Source: a virus
Lineage: Duplodnaviria > Caudoviricetes
Virus record (IMG/VR): IMGVR_UViG_3300037761_000092
Location: 1-41,475 of that record
Length of the DNA stretch: 41,475 bases
Reading direction: 5' to 3' (one strand)
Position 1 is the stretch's first letter; each line of letters begins with the position of its first letter. Below, piece by piece: positions 26,825 through 34,764 of the stretch. The position numbers and the translations under genes were made by a program. The notes below the pieces were generated by a model. The model saw only the letters and a list, made by a program, of their open reading frames with translations, was not told the DNA's origin and did not search any database.

Positions 26825-27110
26825 AGTAGCCGTCGTCCTCATCCTTGATCTCGGGGATGGCCCGCTCCAAGGCGATTGTCAGGTATCGGATGCGGTTGGA
26901 GATTGCTTGGCGGAGACGCTTGCGCGTTTCGTAGTGCGCTTCCGTCCCGACGCCTTGCCCGATCCAATAGGCGGCGTCCTCCAATTGGGTGAGCGTCGAG
27001 GCTAGGAACATGGGTCCGTCGTAGTTCTCCCATGTCTCTGTGTCGCGAACCTCAAGGTTCTCCCGATTGTTATTCGCCGGGTCGCCGTCCTTGTGGTGAA
27101 CGTACCGCAC
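26739..27110 (-). CDS. opposite-strand protein with N-terminal half-HNH motif
   Basis: VHHKDGDPANNNRENLEV; own -10 (TATGAT 27202-27197) and GGAGCAAGG RBS. Confidence 0.65.
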   Translation of the reverse strand: MRYVHHKDGDPANNNRENLEVRDTETWENYDGPMFLASTLTQLEDAAYWIGQGVGTEAHYETRKRLRQAISNRIRYLTIALERAIPEIKDEDDGYFIEQLRETLNRRLEHEHDCFVNQCLLYE

Positions 27111-27128
27111 TTCCTTGCTCCAATCAAA

Positions 27129-27190
27129 TGCCCCGATCCTGTGGAATCAGCACAGAACCGGGGCAACGAAATGACCTGCTGATTCCAGGT
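27129..27190 (-). ncRNA. two-hairpin leader with complementary loops
   Basis: TGGAATCAGCA (27142-27152) and TGCTGATTCCA (27177-27187) each centred on a hairpin loop. Confidence 0.6.
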
Positions 27191-27222
27191 GCAACCATCA
27201 TACACCCGAGGTCAACGGCCCG

Positions 27223-27489
27223 GTGGAGAAGCATCCCGCCGCTCTCATGATCTGCCACGAGCACGTCGATGAAAAGGCGGCGAGCTCGGCCCGGCCGGAG
27301 ACGTATGCGTTCTGCAACCTACCGGCCCATGGCTGGTGCCTCGACGACAGGACGTACATCTGCGAGATCCATCTCGTCGCCCGCCACGAGCGGCACCGCA
27401 TCCAGAGTGTGAGCGACGAGCGCTCGGAGGGCTTTCGCGAGGTGAGTGACGTTCGGGATCGGCGCTCAGGCGACGAGCGGCGCAAGTGA
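27223..27489 (+). CDS. Cys/His-rich hypothetical protein
   Basis: GTGA-coupled to the endolysin; start uncertain. Confidence 0.4.
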   Translation: MEKHPAALMICHEHVDEKAASSARPETYAFCNLPAHGWCLDDRTYICEIHLVARHERHRIQSVSDERSEGFREVSDVRDRRSGDERRK

Positions 27490-28331
27490 CCAGCTACGCC
27501 CTCGCCCAGCCGGTGCCCGGACCCCGCATCGTGCCCTTCGGCGAGGACCGGCTAGCCACCGATGTCTTGGAGAATGGTCGGCCGGCCTTCCGCATCACGC
27601 AACGCTTCCATGACATCAACCCGGCCTTCCCTCAGAACGGGGAACACGGGGCGACGGACTTGGGTAACTGGGCTTGCGGCGATCCGGTGTACGCGGTGTG
27701 GGACGGCAAGGCCAAGACCATCGGCCCGGACCAGTACGGGGCGCTCGGAATCATCATCGACCACGGCGGCTGGAGCTCCCTGTACTGGCACCTCAATGGG
27801 TTCTCCATCGCTCGAGGCGATGCCGTCCCGGTCACGCGCGGCCAGCAGATCGGGATCGTCGGCAAGACCGGCCTCGGCGCAGTGTGCCATGTGCATTTCG
27901 AGCTGTCGGTCAACGGCAAACGGATCGACCCCGAACCCTACCTACTCGGAGCCTCCCTGATTATCGAGGAACCCGTGGCGCTGATCGAGGGCTACGTCCT
28001 CAAGTCGACCCGCCTGCGCGATGCACCCAACTTGTCGGCCAATCACCTCGACCCACTTCCGGTCGCCCAATGGCTGCCCCTGCGCGACTTGGCCGAGGGC
28101 CAGGAGTACGAGATCGGCGGCGTGCGCTCCAATCTATGGCTCGAGGTCGAGCGCAGCGGCAAACGGTTGTGGGCCGCACGGCTGGCGGTGGGCCGGGTCA
28201 GGTTGACGGCGGCCGGACAGTCCCTGCTGCCCGTAGTCGAGCCGCAGGTGGATTTGCGCCTCAGTCGAGCGGGGGAGGCGTTCGATGCCATCCGTGACGC
28301 TGCGGTGGCTGGAAGGGTGATCGTGGGATGA
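27486..28331 (+). CDS. endolysin, M23 peptidase with SH3b-like C-domain
   Basis: HGATD (HxxxD), YWHL, V.RGQ.IG.VG.TG and HVHFE motifs; RLRDAPN. Confidence 0.88.
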   Translation: MTSYALAQPVPGPRIVPFGEDRLATDVLENGRPAFRITQRFHDINPAFPQNGEHGATDLGNWACGDPVYAVWDGKAKTIGPDQYGALGIIIDHGGWSSLYWHLNGFSIARGDAVPVTRGQQIGIVGKTGLGAVCHVHFELSVNGKRIDPEPYLLGASLIIEEPVALIEGYVLKSTRLRDAPNLSANHLDPLPVAQWLPLRDLAEGQEYEIGGVRSNLWLEVERSGKRLWAARLAVGRVRLTAAGQSLLPVVEPQVDLRLSRAGEAFDAIRDAAVAGRVIVG

Positions 28332-29181
28332 GTGACTTCGGCGGGATTGTGTTCATCTTCTGCTTCCTAGCGCTCATCGGTATGGCGATCGCGGGGCAGA
28401 TTCAGTACCACCGCGTGAAGGGCCAGATAGAACACTTCAATGCCGATCGGCCGGTCGATCCCGAGCTGGGGATTGTGGACCCCCGTAACCCGCAGATGTG
28501 GTGAAGGGTAATCGTGGGATGACGAGAGCCGTTGACCCTGAGCAGGGCGAGGTTTGCATCCGCTGGGCGGTTGGACCCGATGGAGTGCGCCAAGAGGATT
28601 ACGCCACGTCCTATGTCGTCCTGTGGCACGACCAGTTCGGAACACGTCACGCCGCTGCCCAGCACACGGTTAGTGACGACAACCCCGACTCGGACTTGAT
28701 GGATGCGCTGTCGTTTGAGGCAGCACGACAACTTCTGGAGGCTGCTGATGGCGATACCTCGTAGGTGTGAGGGTAAGCCCGTGGATTTGGGAGATGGAAC
28801 CTTCATCGACGGGGTATCGCCGGAGCAGCATCAGTACGTCGAAGGCCCTGTCTATGAGGGTCCGGGCCCGGAAGGCGAGGACCCGGTTCGATGGGAGACG
28901 CTGGTGTGTGAGAACTGCGGCTACGTATTCTCCGGCTGGACGCGGATGCCGACTCCTGTGTTCGTATGACCGCAGAGCTCGTCGTCGGCGACTGGATCGT
29001 CCGACAGAAACTCCGCATCCCGCACCTCGTGGAATCGCTCGTCTCAGGCGACGTAATCACGAGATGCGGCAAGAGGCTCAAGGATGAACCGACGAAGACG
29101 GGCGGACCCCTTCTCCTGGCCGTGATGGAAGGCGGATTCTCGGCCCGAAACTGCCAAGTCTGCACCTACCGAAAAGGGTAA
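28328..29181 (+). other. four small ORFs (28328-28504 TM, about 28519-28764, 28748-28969, 28966-29181)
   Basis: coupled ORFs in the late region. Confidence 0.45.
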
Positions 29182-29253
29182 AATCTGGGTACTGAATGGC
29201 CCCGCGCGCGCTAACGCCGGGGCCGTGGACCGTACCTGTCAGGAGGCACGATC

Positions 29254-29781
29254 ATGGCGCATCGTACATGCTCCGTTTCTGGGTGTGGCCGAGTGCATCG
29301 AGCCCGCGGGTTCTGCATGAAGCACTACCACAACTGGGCCTACCACACCGGCCGTCATCCGGTTCCGCCGCTTATGGAGCGGTTCCGTCGCCGGTATGCG
29401 GTGGATGAGAGCGGCTGCTGGTTGTGGCACGACCCTTTGCACAAGGACGGGTACGGCGTCTTCCGGCTCAACGGCCGAATGGAATGGGCGCACCGAGCCG
29501 CGTACAAGCTCCTGGTTGGTCCGATTCCCGAAGGCTTGCAGCTAGACCATCTGTGCCGAGTGCGCCATTGCGTGAATCCAGCCCATCTGGACCCCGTAAC
29601 TCCGGCTGAGAACAACCGACGTAGTTTCAGCCCGAGCGCCGAGAACGCGCTCAAGACGCATTGCGTCAATGGACACCCATTCGATGTCGAGAACACCATC
29701 TATGGCGTGGGTCGCCGATCCTGTCGAACCTGCCAAAGGGCGGCGGAACACCGTTACCGAGAACGGAGGAAAGCGGCATGA
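29254..29781 (+). CDS. free-standing HNH homing endonuclease (paralog of 25791-26321)
   Basis: GCWLW...AHRAAY...LDHLCRVRHCVNPAHL...THCVNGH. Confidence 0.9.
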   Translation: MAHRTCSVSGCGRVHRARGFCMKHYHNWAYHTGRHPVPPLMERFRRRYAVDESGCWLWHDPLHKDGYGVFRLNGRMEWAHRAAYKLLVGPIPEGLQLDHLCRVRHCVNPAHLDPVTPAENNRRSFSPSAENALKTHCVNGHPFDVENTIYGVGRRSCRTCQRAAEHRYRERRKAA

Positions 29782-29972
29782 GCGGAGCCTGCCACTACTG
29801 CGGTTTCCAGACCATGACCGTCCACGGCTCCAAAGGCCCCAAGGGCGTGGACCGCCGACCCGAACCAGACCCCGGCTACCGGCTGGGCTACGTCCGCGAA
29901 ACCTGTCTCGGCTCGTGGCTGATCTGCCGCGCCTGCTTCGTCAACAAGCTCCCGTCCAGTATCGCCGCATAG
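29778..29972 (+). CDS. small CxxC protein
   Basis: ATGA-coupled; CHYC...CRAC. Confidence 0.45.
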   Translation: MSGACHYCGFQTMTVHGSKGPKGVDRRPEPDPGYRLGYVRETCLGSWLICRACFVNKLPSSIAA

Positions 29973-29982
29973 AGGTTCCCCA

Positions 29983-30120
29983 ATGTCCGTAGACCAAATC
30001 CTGCTCATCATCGCCGCCATCGCCTTCGCCCTCGCCGCCTTCGGCGTGACCATCCCGCGCGTGAGCCTCAACCTCGTGGCGGTGGGGTTGTTCTGCTTCG
30101 TCGTCAGCCTGCTGATCTAG
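29983..30120 (+). CDS. two-TM small membrane protein (holin-like)
   Basis: MSVDQILLIIAAIAFALAAFGV...LVAVGLFCFVVSLLI; GAGG RBS. Confidence 0.6.
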   Translation: MSVDQILLIIAAIAFALAAFGVTIPRVSLNLVAVGLFCFVVSLLI

Positions 30121-30122
30121 CC

Positions 30123-30404
30123 ATGAACAACGACACGATCCGCACGATCTTCACGTACGTCACCGCCTTGGTCGTCATCGTCGGAGGCGGGCTGCTGGTG
30201 GTGATTCCGACCCAGCTCGACTCGGCCACCCTGCTCCCGTTCCTGACCGGAGCCATCGGGACCGTCCTCGGGTTCGTGTTCGGTGAGCGCACCGCCTCGA
30301 GCGCCGTGGCGAACCAGCCGACCGTGACGACGACGGCCGGGCCGCCTCCTTCCACGACCGTCACACCTCCTGGGAACGATTCCTCCGGTGACGGTATCGG
30401 CTGA
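30123..30404 (+). CDS. putative holin
   Basis: two TM helices, GTVLGFVFG motif, Pro/Thr tail. Confidence 0.65.
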   Translation: MNNDTIRTIFTYVTALVVIVGGGLLVVIPTQLDSATLLPFLTGAIGTVLGFVFGERTASSAVANQPTVTTTAGPPPSTTVTPPGNDSSGDGIG

Positions 30405-30553
30405 TGCTGGCCCTGCTCAACCCGGCCGGCCTCATCTTCCTAGCCGTCATCGCTGTGTTGGTGGCGGCTGCGGTGTGGCTGCTGCTGGCGGGGGAGCGGG
30501 CAGGGGACACGGTTGACGAGGAGCCGACGCTCAACACTCGTTCCGATCGGTGA
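30404..30553 (+). CDS. single-TM small protein
   Basis: TGATG and GTGA coupling, hydrophobic N-terminus. Confidence 0.5.
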   Translation: MLALLNPAGLIFLAVIAVLVAAAVWLLLAGERAGDTVDEEPTLNTRSDR

Positions 30554-30996
30554 AAGTCGCCGTCGTCTCGGGTTCGGTGGATATCGCCGGCCAGGGAGCT
30601 CGGATCGTCTCGGCTTTCCGGCGTCACAGCGATTGGGACGTGCGCTCGATGGCGCGCGAAGCCCAATTCATGGCTTATCCCAAGGACTTGCCCTTCCGGC
30701 GGGGTGAGCTCGACGAGCTGTACCAGGCGTGCGACGTGTTCCATGCCCGCCTCAACTTCGGCTTGTACGACCAGCTTGCAGCGAAGCACGGCCCCAAGCC
30801 CGTCGTCCTCCATTGCCACGGCTCGGCGTACAGATCCGACCCGAACCGACTCATCCGTGAAGCCATCGAGCGAGGGGCCACCATCTTGTGCTCGACGCTC
30901 GACCTGTACCTGTTGGCTCCTGATATCTCGGTCTGGTGTCCAGCCCCCTACGACGTGGATGAGCTCATGGAGATCCGGCGCAAGGCTCGACCGTGA
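30550..30996 (+). CDS. stand-alone GT-B N-terminal domain (paralog of the 31649-32590 N-half)
   Basis: shared DWDVRS, YPKDL, PKP, HGS..R.DP, STLDL.LLAPD. Confidence 0.75.
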   Translation: MKVAVVSGSVDIAGQGARIVSAFRRHSDWDVRSMAREAQFMAYPKDLPFRRGELDELYQACDVFHARLNFGLYDQLAAKHGPKPVVLHCHGSAYRSDPNRLIREAIERGATILCSTLDLYLLAPDISVWCPAPYDVDELMEIRRKARP

Positions 30997-31652
30997 AGTT
31001 CGTCGCGTCCTACGTCATCCACAACGAGGCGGAGCTGATCGCCGACTCCATTCGTTCCGTCAAGGCTTACGTCGACGGATTCGTGTTCTTCGATGTCGTG
31101 TTCCGCTCCAACCCGGTCGATGCGACTCATTCCACCGACGCAACTCGCGAAATCGCCGAATCCACCGCTGACCCGCTGCCCGTGACCTACATCGAAGCCT
31201 CCGCCAAGATGGAGCTCGACGAGGCGCGCAACCTGGCCCTCCGGGAATCGGATGGCGACTTCGTGCTCATCATCGACGGCGACGAAACCCTGATGGGCGA
31301 ACACGCCGAGATGGACGAGCTGGTCGACGAGATCCATCGCGGCTACATCCGAGAACCCGTAGGCGTGACGGTGTTCACCTCGGCCCTGCTGTTCAAGGGC
31401 CATGCGCCGGCCATCGGTCCCGAGGCGTACCGGACACTGCCGGTCATCCACAGCAGGGGAGTCCAGCCGCGCATCGTGCCCGCCAAGGGCTCGGCGTGGC
31501 GCAGGGTTCCCAATGGGCCGTCATACGGCTTGTTCCGGGACGGCGCTCTGGTCAAGGCTCGGCCGGACCCACGGCTTGTTTTCGTCAACCATCGCACGCG
31601 GCAGACGTTCGCGGCCTATCAGTCGGACTACACCTGGGAGTCGGCTCTGTGA
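30993..31652 (+). CDS. GT-A (family 2-like) glycosyltransferase
   Basis: IHNEAELI..SI.SV...STDAT...ARNLAL...LIIDGDE (DxD). Confidence 0.85.
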   Translation: MKFVASYVIHNEAELIADSIRSVKAYVDGFVFFDVVFRSNPVDATHSTDATREIAESTADPLPVTYIEASAKMELDEARNLALRESDGDFVLIIDGDETLMGEHAEMDELVDEIHRGYIREPVGVTVFTSALLFKGHAPAIGPEAYRTLPVIHSRGVQPRIVPAKGSAWRRVPNGPSYGLFRDGALVKARPDPRLVFVNHRTRQTFAAYQSDYTWESAL

Positions 31653-32590
31653 ACGTGCTGTCCTTCATGATGGGAGCCGCCAACGGCGGGGTTCCGTGCT
31701 TCATCGCCGATGCCTTCCGGGATGACCCGGATTGGGACGTTCGCTCGCTGGTATCGGCCACCAACTACATCGGTTACCCCAAAGACCTCGACTGGACCCG
31801 CGACAACATCGTCGAGCATTGGTCGAAGGCCGACGTGGTGCACATCCACCACAACTACCGCTCCGTCGACAAGATCATGCGCGAGGTGCGGCACCTTGCA
31901 CCGAAGCCCTACGTCATCGAGTACCACGGCTCGTCGTTCAGGGATGACCCCGAGACGCACCTGCGCGAATTCCGACGCCGCGGACAAGTTGCCCTGGTCT
32001 CGACGCTGGACCTGTTTCTCTTGGCACCCGACGAGCTCGAATGGCTGCCCCAGCTCCAGAATGTCGAAAGGTTGAGGGCCATGCGAACCGAACGCGACGA
32101 CGGCAAGGTCCTGATCGCCCACGCTCCTACCAATCGGCAGGTCAAGAGCACCGAGAAGCTGCTCGAGGCCGTGGACCGGCTCAAGGCCGAGGGCTATCCG
32201 GTTGAGCTCGACCTGATCGAGCACCGCCCGTGGACCGAATGCCTCGAGCGCAAGGCGCGGGCCGATATCTACTTCGATCAGGTGATTCTCGGCTACGGCT
32301 GCAACGCCCTCGAAGCGTGGGGCATGGGCATTCCGGTGATTGCCGGGGCGGCCGATGAGACCCTCGATGAGATGGAGCGCAGGTTCGGCCAACTGCCGTT
32401 CTACCACGCCACCGAGGACACCATCTACGACGCCCTCAAGGAGCTGGTGGAATCACCCAAGCTGCGGGCCAAGTACGGCAAGATCGGCCATGACTACGTT
32501 CGGAAATACCACGACGAGCCGGTGGTCGTGGAGCAGCTCAAGGGGCTCTATCTTCGAGCAGCAGGGCAGGCCCAAGAACGGGCCGCGTGA
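31649..32590 (+). CDS. GT-B (family 4-like) glycosyltransferase
   Basis: HAPTNRQVK...ADIYFDQ...YGCNALEAWGMGIPVI. Confidence 0.85.
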   Translation: MNVLSFMMGAANGGVPCFIADAFRDDPDWDVRSLVSATNYIGYPKDLDWTRDNIVEHWSKADVVHIHHNYRSVDKIMREVRHLAPKPYVIEYHGSSFRDDPETHLREFRRRGQVALVSTLDLFLLAPDELEWLPQLQNVERLRAMRTERDDGKVLIAHAPTNRQVKSTEKLLEAVDRLKAEGYPVELDLIEHRPWTECLERKARADIYFDQVILGYGCNALEAWGMGIPVIAGAADETLDEMERRFGQLPFYHATEDTIYDALKELVESPKLRAKYGKIGHDYVRKYHDEPVVVEQLKGLYLRAAGQAQERAA

Positions 32591-33435
32591 GGCCCATCCG
32601 CTTCGTCTACGACTACGCCCACCTGCCCGAGAACCGGCTCCAGTACAGCGCCGTGCTCGATGCCCTGGTGGACCCGGTGCTCAAGCACCTGCCCGAAGCA
32701 GTCAAGGCGACCGAGGCAGACCCCAACGCAATCAACGTGCGCTACTGGTCGAACCACCCGTGGGACGTGTTCAGCTACCACGGCATCAGTGACAAGGGCG
32801 ACCGGGAGGCCAAGACCATCGGCCACTACCCGTACATCTTCCACTCCGGCCCAGCGTGGCAAAAGCGTTACATCGAGCAGGGCATCGAGCCCGACCGATT
32901 GTTCCAGGTCGGATACGCCAAGCTGGACCCGCTGTTCGACGGCACCATCAAGCAACGCAAGCACACCGTCCTGTGGGCTCCGACGTTGAGAAGGGACTGG
33001 CCGGGCGGCTACGACCACCTCTCGGGGCTCATCGACGAACTGGACGTGGTGAAGGCGCTCCATCCCCGCGAGAACCCCGGAACCGCAACCCTCCAAGCCC
33101 TGGCCGATGCAGACGTGGTGATCGCCGACGCCGGCTCGACCCTGTATGAAGCGTGGGCGCTGGGTAAGCCCGTCGTGTTCCCCGACTTCGCGGTGAGCTA
33201 CGCGATGCTGTCGAGCCCGCAACTCAGGCGTATCTACGACGAGCAGATCGGGTGGCACGCCAAGCGCCCCGAGTCGCTGCCCAAGATGATCCAACTGGCC
33301 GGACAGAACGGCATCACTGTCGCGGAGCGAGCCTTCATCGACGACGTGTTTCCGCCGGAGCTCAGGGGCACGTCGGGACAAGCCCACGCCGACGCCCTGC
33401 GCTCCATCGCATCCCGCCCACTGAGGAGGCCATGA
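32587..33435 (+). CDS. TagF/TagB-like CDP-glycerol glycerophosphotransferase-family protein
   Basis: HGI..K, GYAKLD, VLWAPT, LHP, DVVIADAGSTLYEAWALGKPVVF. Confidence 0.75.
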   Translation: MRPIRFVYDYAHLPENRLQYSAVLDALVDPVLKHLPEAVKATEADPNAINVRYWSNHPWDVFSYHGISDKGDREAKTIGHYPYIFHSGPAWQKRYIEQGIEPDRLFQVGYAKLDPLFDGTIKQRKHTVLWAPTLRRDWPGGYDHLSGLIDELDVVKALHPRENPGTATLQALADADVVIADAGSTLYEAWALGKPVVFPDFAVSYAMLSSPQLRRIYDEQIGWHAKRPESLPKMIQLAGQNGITVAERAFIDDVFPPELRGTSGQAHADALRSIASRPLRRP

Positions 33436-33698
33436 CAGAGCCCCGCATCCCCCTCGACCCGGACGGCTACGCCGTGAACCCGGTCACGGGAACCGTCCAC
33501 ACCCGCTACCCGAAGCATGACGCCGGCCTGCACTTCCGAACCCGCACCGTCAAGGGCGTGCTCCACTACCTCGCCGGTCGGGAACCCATCATCTGCGCCA
33601 CCTGCTACGCCAATCCGGTTTACCCCGCTCCTCCTCCGACGACCACCCCCCAGCATCGGCGCAGCGGAACGAAGCGTAAGGCGAAGGTCAAGGGCTAG
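33432..33698 (+). CDS. hypothetical protein with CxxC and basic tail
   Basis: GAGGAGG RBS, coupled. Confidence 0.55.
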   Translation: MTEPRIPLDPDGYAVNPVTGTVHTRYPKHDAGLHFRTRTVKGVLHYLAGREPIICATCYANPVYPAPPPTTTPQHRRSGTKRKAKVKG

Positions 33699-34033
33699 TG
33701 CTGCGACCCTGCCTTGACTGCGGCATCCCCTCCGAGAAGACCCGCTGCCCGGCCCACACCTCCGCCCAGGAGTCCCGCAGGCCCTCCCGCAGGGTCCGGG
33801 GTAGGTACGACACCCGGTGGGTACGACTCAGCAAGATAGCCATAGCGCGACAACCGTGGTGCTCTGGCTACAACCGCCCCCCCCATGCTTCGGATGACCT
33901 CACCGGGGACCACCGCACCCCGCTGGGCGGTGGAACGCAGCACGTTCAGCTCAAGGACATCGACGTACTGTGCCGGGCCTGCAATGCGGCGAAGCGAGAT
34001 CGGAGTGACGGGATAGGGGCCTCGAATCTCTGA
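33698..34033 (+). CDS. terminase-associated HNH endonuclease (HK97 gp74-like)
   Basis: RPCLDCG...RCPAH...YDTRW...GDH...LCRACNAAK upstream of the packaging genes. Confidence 0.8.
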   Translation: MLRPCLDCGIPSEKTRCPAHTSAQESRRPSRRVRGRYDTRWVRLSKIAIARQPWCSGYNRPPHASDDLTGDHRTPLGGGTQHVQLKDIDVLCRACNAAKRDRSDGIGASNL

Positions 34034-34095
34034 GGGGTGGCGCTCGCTGCACCCGCCGCCAGTGAAAACCACACACTCGGGGGACACACACCCCG
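34010..34095. other. putative cos/packaging-initiation region
   Basis: G-run-rich gap directly after the gp74-like HNH, the usual cos position in HK97-like phages; cut site not determinable. Confidence 0.4.
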
Positions 34096-34106
34096 GACGA
34101 TTCCAT

Positions 34107-34160
34107 AGGGGTCGGAGCTAGAGCCTCCGGCCCCTTCCCATGCCTGGCTCTAGGAGGCAT
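34107..34160 (+). ncRNA. two-hairpin leader with complementary loops sequestering an SD
   Basis: stems 34107-34135 and 34140-34160; CTAGAGCC vs GGCTCTAG. Confidence 0.6.
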
Positions 34161-34161
34161 C

Positions 34162-34764
34162 GTGGCTCGAAACGTAGGTCCAGCTTGTCGTTGGACTCCA
34201 CCGACCATGGACCCACAACAAAAACCTTGTCGGCGATGCTTGCTCATTCGCCCCATCACCGACTTCGGCAGACTTGCCCACACGCGGGACGGTCTATCGA
34301 GTTGGTGTACGCCTTGCCATCGTGCGACAGTCGGAGCTAATCGGCAGGAGTACCAGCGGCGCTATCGAGAGAGAAACGGCGAAGCGATCAAGGTACGTGA
34401 ACGCGCACGCTACCAATCTCGACCGCTTCGCCCGAAGCCGTGTGAGACATGCGGTGAGGTGTTCATACCGATAGAACGGAACCAGCAACGCTACTGTTCG
34501 GTAGAGCACCGAGAGCTGCGTCATCGGCTTCGGCCGGCTGTCCCTAAGAATCTCCGACGCAAGGTGCTCGCACGCGATGACTGGACTTGCTACTTGTGCG
34601 GCGGAGCGATCCCTGAATGGGTGCCGTGGCCGCACCAACTTGCCGGGACAGCGGATCACGTTATTCCGTGGATCGCGGGCGGCAAGGGAACACTCGATAA
34701 CCTACGCGCCGCTCATTGGGCCTGCAATCGTAAGAAGGCGGGCAGGCTCTTGGAGGTCGCATAG
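34162..34764 (+). CDS. HNH endonuclease with Zn-finger modules
   Basis: VLARDDWTCYLCG...DHVIP...GG..DNLRAAHWACN. Confidence 0.85.
   Translation: MARNVGPACRWTPPTMDPQQKPCRRCLLIRPITDFGRLAHTRDGLSSWCTPCHRATVGANRQEYQRRYRERNGEAIKVRERARYQSRPLRPKPCETCGEVFIPIERNQQRYCSVEHRELRHRLRPAVPKNLRRKVLARDDWTCYLCGGAIPEWVPWPHQLAGTADHVIPWIAGGKGTLDNLRAAHWACNRKKAGRLLEVA

Noticed and set aside
34140-34340. MPGSRR... ORF as small terminase
   Set aside because: No SD, out of frame within the HNH gene, and no helical TerS character
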